From Deferribacterales bacterium (GTDB taxonomy: Bacteria; Chrysiogenota; Deferribacteres; Deferribacterales; Geovibrionaceae): a stretch of 64,000 bases of DNA. Under the pieces are notes generated by a model. The model was not told the origin of the DNA. It did no database searches and worked only from the letters and a program-made list of their open reading frames with translations. Position 1 is the first letter of the stretch. Each line of letters starts with the position of its first letter. Shown here piece by piece: positions 8,418 through 17,159 of this stretch. Position numbers and translations under genes: made by a program. The stretch is from positions 1 through 64,000 of the forward strand of contig JBFWLW010000013.1 in assembly GCA_050251945.1 (NCBI GenBank), in the 5' to 3' direction.

Positions 8418-10049
8418 TTAATATGCGTAGCTTACACTGATGTCGAACACGGTCTTGTCATATTTGTACTCTGGCACGTTTGAATCGGCATCGGTATATG
8501 TGACACCTCCGCTCAAAAACACCGAATTCGTCAGTTTATATATGGATTTGATCCCGACATTGTATATCTTGTCCTCGCGGATGGTCGCAAGCCCGGAGCT
8601 GTCCATTTTGTCTATGGCGGAGTTGTAGTAATCTGCATATGTATAATCGGCGCTGAATGAAAGAGTGACTTTAGGAGTCAGGGCGGTGAGAGTTCCGAAC
8701 GAAACGGAATATGCCCTGTTGTCCTTGTCTGCGCCGTCGGTATTTTCAAGGTTAACGCCTGCACCGAATGTCACGTTGTACTTCTGTGCGAACATCTTTG
8801 ATATTTCACCTGAAATTCCGTAGTACATTCCGTCTTTGTCCGCTCTGGGATCCGGAGAGGATACATAGCTTCTCTTTTCTACCTTAACGGGAACGCTAAG
8901 TGTGAAACCGTCGAATCTGATATTTGAACCAAGCTCCGCACCGTATGTTTCATAGTATTTCTCGTTTCCGAGTGAAAGGATACCCGCCGTTAATTTTGGG
9001 GTGTATGAAACCCTGTCTGTGCTTTTTGTAACCTGAACGTAGGCTTTATGCATTTCAAGATCATATGAACTCAAGCCTTTTTTCATGTTAAACGACCTGT
9101 AGTTCATAAGTCCGATAGCCGCCTTGTCAGACCAGAGCGGGTACATGTTATATTTAGCATCAAGAACGAAAGCGGTCCTGAAGCTTGAGGTGCCGGAAGC
9201 GCCGATGTCCTCGTTCTCAGATTTTACGTTGTCGTCGTATTCTTCGATAGCGGAGAAATAGATGCTGAACGGTTTTTTGAACTGGTTCATCTTTTCCCGC
9301 TTAAGCTGCATGTATTCAGCATCAAATGATTTGACGTTCGCCAGAGATTCCTCAGCGCACTCAAACCTGCCCGTGATCATGCATATATCCGAAATAAGCA
9401 TCTGAGCCTGTTCGTATTGATCCTGTTTTCCTGCGGATACTTTTCTGAGAGAGCCGACGGCATTGTAAAAATCGCCCTGCCTGTAGGCTATCTTTCCTTT
9501 TCTTATATAGTACCTGTCATCTTTGGCTGTAACTTTTTCAAGCTCTTCACCGGCTTTTTCGTAGTCGTTCATAGCGGTGTATATATCAACCAGAGTATAT
9601 CTCATGGTATCGTCGCCTGTTTTGTCGGCATAGGTTGAGATATCGGTAAGAGCGCCTTCCATATCACCGATGTTGAAGAAGGCAAGTCCCCTGTATTTAA
9701 GCAGATTCGGGTCGCTGTTGCCTTTTTCAATCTGCGTGTTGCACACATAGACTATCTCGTCGTATTCCTGATTCTCAAGCATGAGAGTCAGTGCGACGAA
9801 ACCGTCCTGCTGCTGGTTATTCTCAAAAAAACAGATAGATCTGTAGATATTGCTGGAAATGCCTTCGGAAGCGGAAAGAGCTTTAAGCTCGCTCTCCATG
9901 TTCCTGCATTTTCCTGATTTGATGGCATCGAAAACTTTCTGATAAACGCCGCTGTATTCGCCGATGACGGGATAGTCATAGGCATACAGGGCAACAGGGC
10001 TTAACAACGGCAGTATAAGAAGCCCTGCCGAAAACATAAAACGACGCAT
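8418..10049 (-). CDS. TPR + C-terminal outer-membrane beta-barrel protein (Slam/DUF560-like architecture)
   Basis: Signal peptide and TPR helices (RGLAFFNIGDMEGAL, KGKIAYRQGDFYNAV). The barrel starts near EYDDNV and ends with DSNVPEYKYDKTVFDISVSYAY, which has an aromatic BAM-type terminal residue. Confidence 0.75.
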   Translation of the reverse strand: MRRFMFSAGLLILPLLSPVALYAYDYPVIGEYSGVYQKVFDAIKSGKCRNMESELKALSASEGISSNIYRSICFFENNQQQDGFVALTLMLENQEYDEIVYVCNTQIEKGNSDPNLLKYRGLAFFNIGDMEGALTDISTYADKTGDDTMRYTLVDIYTAMNDYEKAGEELEKVTAKDDRYYIRKGKIAYRQGDFYNAVGSLRKVSAGKQDQYEQAQMLISDICMITGRFECAEESLANVKSFDAEYMQLKREKMNQFKKPFSIYFSAIEEYDDNVKSENEDIGASGTSSFRTAFVLDAKYNMYPLWSDKAAIGLMNYRSFNMKKGLSSYDLEMHKAYVQVTKSTDRVSYTPKLTAGILSLGNEKYYETYGAELGSNIRFDGFTLSVPVKVEKRSYVSSPDPRADKDGMYYGISGEISKMFAQKYNVTFGAGVNLENTDGADKDNRAYSVSFGTLTALTPKVTLSFSADYTYADYYNSAIDKMDSSGLATIREDKIYNVGIKSIYKLTNSVFLSGGVTYTDADSNVPEYKYDKTVFDISVSYAY

Positions 10050-10122
10050 AACGTCTCCTCCTAAATGAAACCTCTCTTCACGCTATACAAGATACTAACA
10101 TACTATACCCTAATTTTCATGA

Positions 10123-11076
10123 TTATTGGCGTTGTTGAGCGTATTTCAATAATTTCTCTCTGTTTAAAATTAATATTCCCGCAACAACCATTATTATGCT
10201 TACTAAATGCGGCGCTCTGAGGTAACCAACCATAAGATCATCCGCACGGAAAAACGTCACAAACGCCCGAATAAAGCCGTAAAAGATGAGATACCACGCA
10301 ACAAGACGCCCCGTTCCGAGATTCTCGTCCTTTCGCCATAATAAATATAGGATAATGAAACATGCGAAATTAAGCACCATTTCATAGATAAACGTCGGGT
10401 GCACCGGAAGCGCTCCGAAGTCGCTGTAGGCGGGAGTTCGCTTATAATTCCCGAAGCTCATGCCCCATGGCACGTATTCTTTCAGTTCATAGAGTTTTCC
10501 CTCAAAACTCACCTGAACGGGTAGTTTGTCCATCAGCTTTGAAATGCTGGCAGGCATGGGATTCAGACCTGTCTGGTCGCATACTGCCGACCAGAAATCA
10601 CGAAATCTGTTTTCCACCCCGAATATTATTGAGGGAGGGACTATGGTCGGCACTCCGTGCGCCTCACCGTTTGCAAGGTTGCCTATCCTGCCTATCGCCT
10701 GTCCGAAGAGAAGCCACGGAACCATCGTATCCGCAAGCCCGAGAAGACTGGTCTTTTTATACTTTGTGAAGATATAGAGCGCAATAAGCGCGCCTATGAT
10801 ACCGCCGTGGATGGCAAGCCCGCCGTGCCACACGGCAAACATTTCAAATACGTTTCCGGCGTAATATTCCCAGCGGAATGCGACATAGTACATTCTCGCG
10901 CCGACAATACCTGCAAGAAAACAGGCGATTGCAGCGTTCTCCATGTCCGTCGGTTTCAGATTAAGCTTTTCTGCCTTTCGCTTTATCATGTACATCCCGA
11001 CGATAAGCCCGATAATGTACATAAGGCTGTATACCCTCAGTTCCAGAGGTCCCAGTTTAAAAAGATACGGAAACAT
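10123..11076 (-). CDS. lgt: Prolipoprotein diacylglyceryl transferase
   Basis: Motifs GARMYYV, WHGGLAIHGG, GRIGNLANGE, PWGM and HPTFIYE. Confidence 0.95.
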   Translation of the reverse strand: MFPYLFKLGPLELRVYSLMYIIGLIVGMYMIKRKAEKLNLKPTDMENAAIACFLAGIVGARMYYVAFRWEYYAGNVFEMFAVWHGGLAIHGGIIGALIALYIFTKYKKTSLLGLADTMVPWLLFGQAIGRIGNLANGEAHGVPTIVPPSIIFGVENRFRDFWSAVCDQTGLNPMPASISKLMDKLPVQVSFEGKLYELKEYVPWGMSFGNYKRTPAYSDFGALPVHPTFIYEMVLNFACFIILYLLWRKDENLGTGRLVAWYLIFYGFIRAFVTFFRADDLMVGYLRAPHLVSIIMVVAGILILNREKLLKYAQQRQ

Positions 11077-11186
11077 AATTTTCCCCCCTTGTCTCTGTCA
11101 GAAACATAATAAACAGTACAGACTTTTTTTACAAATCAAAAAAACCTTGATTTTTTGTATCGCCCTTGCTATAAAGAACACCCATT

Positions 11187-11259
11187 TTGCACGCCCGTAT
11201 AGCGTTTAAAACTGCCGTGTGCCTGAAATCCTTTCGGGTGGCTGTTTTACGGGGCGCAA
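11187..11259 (+). promoter_or_regulatory. rpsB 5' leader (putative S2 autoregulatory RNA structure)
   Basis: ttgcacgcccgta can pair with tacggggcgcaa, enclosing an inner gccgtgtgcc...gggtggc region. A TTGATT/TGnTATAAA promoter lies just upstream, and the element sits directly 5' of rpsB. Confidence 0.6.
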
Positions 11260-11300
11260 GAATAACAAATTGAGAGGCGAAAACGCCTCGGGAGAAATTA

Positions 11301-12086
11301 ATGTCCTATATTTCAATGAAAAGCCTGCTTGAGGCGGGCGTTCACTTCGGTCACCAGACAAAACGCTGGAACCCGAAAATGTCCAAATATGTCTTCGGCG
11401 CAAGAAACGGTATCTACATACTCGACCTTCAGAAGACAGTTCAGTGCTTCAACACCGCTTACGAATTCGCAAGAGATGCAGCTCGTCAGGGCAGCAGCTT
11501 CCTTTTCGTAGGTACTAAGAAACAGGCTCAGGAAGCTATCAAGCAAGCTGCTGAAAAATGCAATGCTCATTACATGAACGAACGCTGGCTCGGCGGTACC
11601 CTTACAAACTTTCAAACCATCCGTACAAGAGTGGCAAGACTGAAAGAACTTGAAGAGATGTTTGAAACAGGCTTCGTTAATAAATATACCAAAAAAGAAG
11701 TTTCAAAACTCAGAAAAGAGCTTGATAAACTCACTAAAAACCTCGGCGGTATCAAAGATATGCAGGGTATCCCCGATGTTATGTTCATAATCGACATCAA
11801 AATGGAGCAGAACGCAGTTGCCGAAGCTCACAAACTTGATATCCCGATAATCGCAATCGTCGATACAAACTGCGACCCCGATCAGGTTGATATGCCCATC
11901 CCCGGTAACGACGACGCTATCCGCGCTTGCCAGCTTATCGCAGGACGCATAGCAGACGCCATCATCGAAGGCAGACAAATACTTGACGAAGAAAACATCG
12001 GTCAGGCAGAAGAAGAAGGCGGCGAGGACATCCCCGTTGAACAGCTTCTCGCTGACGTACCCGTTGATAAAGCAGAAGAGGAGTAA
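11301..12086 (+). CDS. rpsB: 30S ribosomal protein S2
   Basis: Motifs [28 protein letters not shown] and PGNDDAIR. Confidence 0.99.
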   Translation: MSYISMKSLLEAGVHFGHQTKRWNPKMSKYVFGARNGIYILDLQKTVQCFNTAYEFARDAARQGSSFLFVGTKKQAQEAIKQAAEKCNAHYMNERWLGGTLTNFQTIRTRVARLKELEEMFETGFVNKYTKKEVSKLRKELDKLTKNLGGIKDMQGIPDVMFIIDIKMEQNAVAEAHKLDIPIIAIVDTNCDPDQVDMPIPGNDDAIRACQLIAGRIADAIIEGRQILDEENIGQAEEEGGEDIPVEQLLADVPVDKAEEE

Positions 12087-12089
12087 TAA

Positions 12090-12962
12090 ATGGCAGAGAT
12101 CACAGCCGCACTGGTTAAAGAACTTCGCGAAAAAACCGGAGCAGGAATGCTCGACTGCAAAAAAGCCCTTGCCGAATCCGACGGCGACCTTGAAGGCGCT
12201 GTTGAATACCTCCGCAAAAAGGGTCTCGCAGCTGCCGCAAAAAAAGCCGACAGAATCGCAGCGGAAGGTACCGTTGCTGCCATCGTTAAAGACGGCATAG
12301 GCGTTATCGTTGAAGTAAACTCCGAAACAGACTTCGTTGCTAAAAACGAAAACTTCACTGCATATGCGACAGAAATGGCGGAGCTTGTTGCTGAGGTCGG
12401 TCCCGCAGATATCGAGGCTTTTATGACTGTTACAGCTAAAAACGGCGAAACCGTTGAAGCCTACCTTAACAGCATGATCGCAAAAATAGGCGAAAAACTG
12501 AGCATCAGACGTTTCGCACGTCTTGAAGGCGGCACAGTTGCCACATACATCCACGGCGGCGGTAAAATAGGCGTCGTTGTGAAACTTGAAGGCGGCACAC
12601 CCGAGCTTGCAAAAGACCTTTGCCTGCACATAGCCGCAAGCAACCCCAAATATCTCGATTCCAGCTTTGTTGACGCTGATTTCGTTAACAAAGAGAAAGA
12701 GATATACGCTGCCAAACTGAAAGAGCAAGGCAAACCCGACAACATGATCCCCAAAATAGTTGAAGGTCAGGTTGCAAAACTTCTTAAAGAAGTATGCCTC
12801 GTAAGCCAGCCTTTCGTTAAAAACCCCGATGTCACCATCGAAAAACTTCTTGCCGACGCAGGAGCCAAAATAGTTTCCTATAACCGTTTTGAGCTTGGAG
12901 AAGGCATCGAAAAAAAGCAGGAAAACTTTGTGGAAGAGGTAATGAAACAGATCAAGAACTAA
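12090..12962 (+). CDS. tsf: Elongation factor Ts
   Basis: Motifs VKELREKTGAGMLDCKKAL, EVNSETDFVAKN and RFELGEGIEK. Confidence 0.99.
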   Translation: MAEITAALVKELREKTGAGMLDCKKALAESDGDLEGAVEYLRKKGLAAAAKKADRIAAEGTVAAIVKDGIGVIVEVNSETDFVAKNENFTAYATEMAELVAEVGPADIEAFMTVTAKNGETVEAYLNSMIAKIGEKLSIRRFARLEGGTVATYIHGGGKIGVVVKLEGGTPELAKDLCLHIAASNPKYLDSSFVDADFVNKEKEIYAAKLKEQGKPDNMIPKIVEGQVAKLLKEVCLVSQPFVKNPDVTIEKLLADAGAKIVSYNRFELGEGIEKKQENFVEEVMKQIKN

Positions 12963-13010
12963 GGGTCTGCTGCATGACCGCCGCATTGGGCGTTCTGTCG
13001 AAATTAAAGA

Positions 13011-13047
13011 AATAAAGCCGGGGTTTTTCTCCGGCTTTTTTTTTATT
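13011..13047 (+). terminator. Intrinsic terminator after tsf
   Basis: Hairpin aaagccggg...tccggcttt followed by a long T tract. Confidence 0.85.
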
Positions 13048-13130
13048 CCATCCTTACAAAATTGTAAGCTCTTGATTAATTCCTCCTCGGTCGTCATTAT
13101 AAAATACTGAGAGGTACAGGAGGAAACACC

Positions 13131-13640
13131 ATGCAGACATTTCAGCAAATTAAACCCGAAGACTTTAACCAGAGTCCCTTCAGAATAATAGGCAAGGACT
13201 GGATGCTCGTTACGGCGGAAAAAGACGGCAGAGCGAACAGCATGACGGCTTCATGGGGCGGACTCGGTGTTATGTGGGGCAAAAACGTCGCATTTATCGT
13301 GGTTCGCAAAAGCAGATTCACCAAAGAATTCGTTGACGGCGCCGACACCTTTTCGCTCACTTTCTTCGACAGGAAACAATACGGCAAGATGCTGGGCTAC
13401 ATGGGTACGGTATCCGGACGGGACGAGGATAAGATAGCGAAATCCGCCCTGACCGTTGCACACCGGAACGGCACCCCCTACTTTGAAGAAGCGGAGAAAG
13501 TCATTATATGCAGGAAACTCTTCTGTCTGCCGCTCACACCCGAACATTTTATAGACAGCTCAATAGACAATGAATGGTACAAGGACAAAGATTACCACGA
13601 CCTTTATATAGCAGAGGTCACAGATATTCTCATTCGCTGA
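13131..13640 (+). CDS. Flavin reductase-like family protein
   Basis: Motifs [25 protein letters not shown] and [10 protein letters not shown]. Confidence 0.85.
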   Translation: MQTFQQIKPEDFNQSPFRIIGKDWMLVTAEKDGRANSMTASWGGLGVMWGKNVAFIVVRKSRFTKEFVDGADTFSLTFFDRKQYGKMLGYMGTVSGRDEDKIAKSALTVAHRNGTPYFEEAEKVIICRKLFCLPLTPEHFIDSSIDNEWYKDKDYHDLYIAEVTDILIR

Positions 13641-13753
13641 AAAGAAAAAAATTTGACTTTTCCGCCGCAGGGGATATTATATTCCTGCCTACCCCAAATT
13701 TAAGACCCACTGGCAAGGGTCTTACAATCTTTTCCAACAATCGGAGTATAGTC

Positions 13754-14530
13754 ATGTTCAAAAACGAACTGGTCATCGCCGGACGTACGTTCCGCAGCAG
13801 ACTCATGGTAGGCACAGGCAAATTTCCCAACGCAAAAATTATGGCAGACGCACTTGACGCAAGCGGCGCAGAGATAGTCACCGTTGCGCTTCGCCGCGTG
13901 GACATAAACAATCCTCAGGACGATATCCTGAAACAGATAGACCCGAAAAAATATCTCCTGCTCCCAAACACATCCGGAGCAAGAGACGCGGAAGAGGCAG
14001 TGCGACTCGCCCGCATAGCAAGGGCTGCGGGTTGCGAACCGTGGATCAAACTGGAAGTCACACCGGATCCGTATTATCTTCTGCCCGACCCCATCGAAAC
14101 GTTCAAAGCGGCAGAGATACTCGTTAAAGAGGGATTCAAAGTTCTCCCCTATATCAACGCAGACCCCGTTCTCTGCAAGCGTCTCGAAGAGATAGGCACT
14201 GTCACCGTCATGCCGCTCGGCGCGCCAATAGGGAGCAACAAAGGCATTAAAACAATCGACAACCTGCGAATAATCATCGAACAGGCAAAAATTCCCGTTG
14301 TGGTTGACGCGGGGATAGGCGCACCGTCACATGCGGCGCTCGCTATTGAAATGGGCGCGGACAGCGTTCTTGTGAACACCGCCATAGCAACTGCTAAAGA
14401 TCCGGTTATGATGGCAAGATCATTCAAACTCGGCGTTGAGGCGGCAGTTACGGCACGCGCGGCAGGTATGCCCGGAACAAGAGACAGAGCGGAGGCATCA
14501 AGCCCCCTTACAGGATTTCTGAGGAACTGA
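13754..14530 (+). CDS. thiG: Thiazole synthase
   Basis: Motifs [41 protein letters not shown] and NTAIA. The start was moved to ATG 13754, which follows a GGAG ribosome-binding site. Confidence 0.97.
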   Translation: MFKNELVIAGRTFRSRLMVGTGKFPNAKIMADALDASGAEIVTVALRRVDINNPQDDILKQIDPKKYLLLPNTSGARDAEEAVRLARIARAAGCEPWIKLEVTPDPYYLLPDPIETFKAAEILVKEGFKVLPYINADPVLCKRLEEIGTVTVMPLGAPIGSNKGIKTIDNLRIIIEQAKIPVVVDAGIGAPSHAALAIEMGADSVLVNTAIATAKDPVMMARSFKLGVEAAVTARAAGMPGTRDRAEASSPLTGFLRN

Positions 14531-14532
14531 TA

Positions 14533-15648
14533 ATGAGCTTTGAACAGGAACTTGATAAATACGATTTTAACGATACAAAGGATTTCATCTTCTCCCGCAA
14601 GGCGGCTGACGTTGAGTTTGCCCTCGGCAAAGAAAACATAGACGAAGAAGATTTCGCGGCACTGCTCTCACCTGCCGCAACGCCATACATTGAAGAGATG
14701 GCACAGAAGGCAAACCGCATAACTGTGCAGAGATTCGGAAAGACAATAAAAGTTTACGCGCCTATTTACCTTTCAAACGTCTGCTCGAACTCCTGCAAAT
14801 ACTGCGGGTTTAACCGCCACAATGAAATTCCCCGCGTCACACTCACTGACGAACAGATAAAACAGGAAACGGACATCATCCACAACATGGGTATCCGCCA
14901 TATCCTTCTTGTCACAGGAGAATCACCTGTCAAAGTCGGCACGGACTACCTTATAAACGCGGTTAACCTCATGAAGGACAAGTTCAGTTCGGTCTGCATA
15001 GAGGTATATCCCATGTCCGTTGATGACTACACCCTTATGTACAGTCACGGGGTTGACGGACTGACCATGTTTCAGGAAACATATAACCGCGTGAAATATG
15101 CCGACGTACACCCCGCAGGCAGGAAGCGCGACTTCGGCTGGAGGCTCGGCGGCCCCGAACGCGGCGCACAGGCAGGCTTCCGCACCATAGGTCTCGGTAC
15201 GCTCATGGGGCTTGAGGAATTCAGAACCGATCAGTTCTTCCTTGGTCTCCACGCAGGCTATCTTATGAAAAACTTCTGGAAGACCCATGTCTCCATCTCA
15301 TTCCCGCGCATACGCAAAGCGTCGGGAAACTTTCAGGCATATCAGATAATTGAAGATATCGACTACGTTCAGATGCTCCTTGCCCACAGGCTGTTCAGAC
15401 ACGATCTGGGCATCAACGTCTCCACCCGCGAATCCGCAGAGTTCCGCGACAGACTGCTCAGGCTTGGTGTCACCCACATGAGTGCAGGCTCCAAAACAGA
15501 ACCCGGCGGATATGCAAAGGAACATAACGGCAAACAGTTTCAGGTTGAAGACACAAGGACAGTCGATGAATTTTGTGATATGGTAAGAATGAACGGTTAT
15601 GACCCCGTTCTGAAAGACTGGGACACATATTTCCTTAACGGAGAATAA
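14533..15648 (+). CDS. thiH: 2-iminoacetate synthase (radical SAM tyrosine lyase)
   Basis: YAPIYLSNVCSNSCKYCGF (CxxxCxxC), FQETY, STRE and SAGSKTEPGGY. It follows thiG. Confidence 0.96.
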   Translation: MSFEQELDKYDFNDTKDFIFSRKAADVEFALGKENIDEEDFAALLSPAATPYIEEMAQKANRITVQRFGKTIKVYAPIYLSNVCSNSCKYCGFNRHNEIPRVTLTDEQIKQETDIIHNMGIRHILLVTGESPVKVGTDYLINAVNLMKDKFSSVCIEVYPMSVDDYTLMYSHGVDGLTMFQETYNRVKYADVHPAGRKRDFGWRLGGPERGAQAGFRTIGLGTLMGLEEFRTDQFFLGLHAGYLMKNFWKTHVSISFPRIRKASGNFQAYQIIEDIDYVQMLLAHRLFRHDLGINVSTRESAEFRDRLLRLGVTHMSAGSKTEPGGYAKEHNGKQFQVEDTRTVDEFCDMVRMNGYDPVLKDWDTYFLNGE

Positions 15649-15649
15649 G

Positions 15650-16123
15650 ATGAAGCACTGGGACAGTGTGCGATGCTCTGCGGGTTACGACCTGTTCATC
15701 ACCTTTGACAACGAAAAGGTCTATGAGGTTGCGTCATCACGTCCCGAAAATCTTATTCAAATGCCTCTTGCGGAAAGGTTCACCTATATGGCAGAATACC
15801 TGAAAGACTGTTCGAGACAGCCCATGCTTATAGAAGCGCTGGACGATCTTGATTTTTCGTGGACGACACCCTTTTCAATGGCTGTTTACCGTACACTGGC
15901 ACTGGTTCCGTTCGGAGTAACCGTTTCATACGGCGATCTGGCGGCTCTTTCCGGTCATTCGGGTGCATTCCGCGCTGTCGGCACGGCAATGTCGAAGAAC
16001 AGATTCCTTATCATTGTACCCTGCCACCGTGTTCTGGCGGCGGGAAGAAAGATCGGGGGATTCTCCAGCGGTCTCGGCATGAAACGGGCGCTGCTGAAAG
16101 CTGAGGGGCATAATGAGTTTTGA
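15650..16123 (+). CDS. ogt: Methylated-DNA--protein-cysteine methyltransferase
   Basis: Motifs VPFGVTVSYG, RAVGTA, active-site PCHRV and KRALLKAE. Confidence 0.92.
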   Translation: MKHWDSVRCSAGYDLFITFDNEKVYEVASSRPENLIQMPLAERFTYMAEYLKDCSRQPMLIEALDDLDFSWTTPFSMAVYRTLALVPFGVTVSYGDLAALSGHSGAFRAVGTAMSKNRFLIIVPCHRVLAAGRKIGGFSSGLGMKRALLKAEGHNEF

Positions 16124-17159
16124 GTCGCTTCCATATACACTTAGATGGCAGGAGGACATTCTCTATGTCATCGACCAGACACTCCTTCCTGAAATATTCA
16201 TAGAAGTACCGCTTCGCAATATCGACGAAGTCTACGTCGCAATAAAGACTTTACAGGTGCGCGGTGCGCCGGCAATAGGCGTTGCTGGGGCATACGGTCT
16301 CTGCATATGCGCACAGAAACACCTTGACGAAGAACCCAACCTTTTCATGGAAAATCTAGGGAAAGACGCAAAATATCTTAACTCTTCCCGTCCAACAGCA
16401 GTGAACCTCAGTTGGGCGATAAAACGCATAATGAAAAGACTTTATGCCTGCGTACAGAAATCCACCGCAGATATGTATGCGGAGATACTGGACGAGGCGA
16501 CCAGAATACATAAGGAAGACCTGAGAACCTGCCGCATGATCGGCGAACACGGCAGAGAACTCATTCAGGACGGTTTCGGCATATTAACCCACTGCAATGC
16601 AGGTTCCCTCGCCACTTCCCGTCTGGGAACGGCAACCGCGCCCATGTATCTGGCTCAGGAACAGAAAAAACGGTTCAAGGTCTATGCAGACGAAACCAGA
16701 CCACTTTGTCAGGGTTCAAGGCTCACCGCATGGGAACTTCAAAGAGCGGGACTCGACGTTACGCTCATATGCGACGACATGGCGGCCTCTGTCATGGCTT
16801 CCGGCAGGATACAGCTTGTGATTGTGGGTGCGGACAGAGTTGCCGCAAACGGAGACACAGCGAACAAGATAGGAACGCTGGGCGTAGCCATCATGGCTAA
16901 ACATTTCGGAATTCCTTTTTATGTTGCCTGCCCGACGTCCACACTGGACATGAAAACTTCCTGCGGATACGACATTGAGATAGAACAGCGCGGAAACGAC
17001 GAAGTTTGCTTCTTCGGAGAAAAACGCACCGCTCCTGTTGACATAAACGTTCTCAATCCGGCTTTCGACGTTACTCCGGCATACCTCATTTCGGGGTTCA
17101 TAACGGAAAAAGGCATCGTGAAAAGACCGTACGAGAACAATCTTAAAGCAATATTCTGA
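16113..17159 (+). CDS. mtnA: S-methyl-5-thioribose-1-phosphate isomerase
   Basis: Motifs DQTLLP, VRGAPAIG, RPTAVNL, THCNAGSLAT, ETRP, GADRVAANGDTANKIGT and NPAFDVTP. Confidence 0.97.
   Translation: MSFESLPYTLRWQEDILYVIDQTLLPEIFIEVPLRNIDEVYVAIKTLQVRGAPAIGVAGAYGLCICAQKHLDEEPNLFMENLGKDAKYLNSSRPTAVNLSWAIKRIMKRLYACVQKSTADMYAEILDEATRIHKEDLRTCRMIGEHGRELIQDGFGILTHCNAGSLATSRLGTATAPMYLAQEQKKRFKVYADETRPLCQGSRLTAWELQRAGLDVTLICDDMAASVMASGRIQLVIVGADRVAANGDTANKIGTLGVAIMAKHFGIPFYVACPTSTLDMKTSCGYDIEIEQRGNDEVCFFGEKRTAPVDINVLNPAFDVTPAYLISGFITEKGIVKRPYENNLKAIF

Noticed and set aside
11703..13148. 481-aa minus-strand ORF
   Set aside because: It is the antisense shadow of the highly biased rpsB/tsf genes.
13574..13753. 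N-terminal extension of ThiG in the ORF track
   Set aside because: It overlaps the upstream gene and promoter. Homology and the ribosome-binding site point to ATG 13754.
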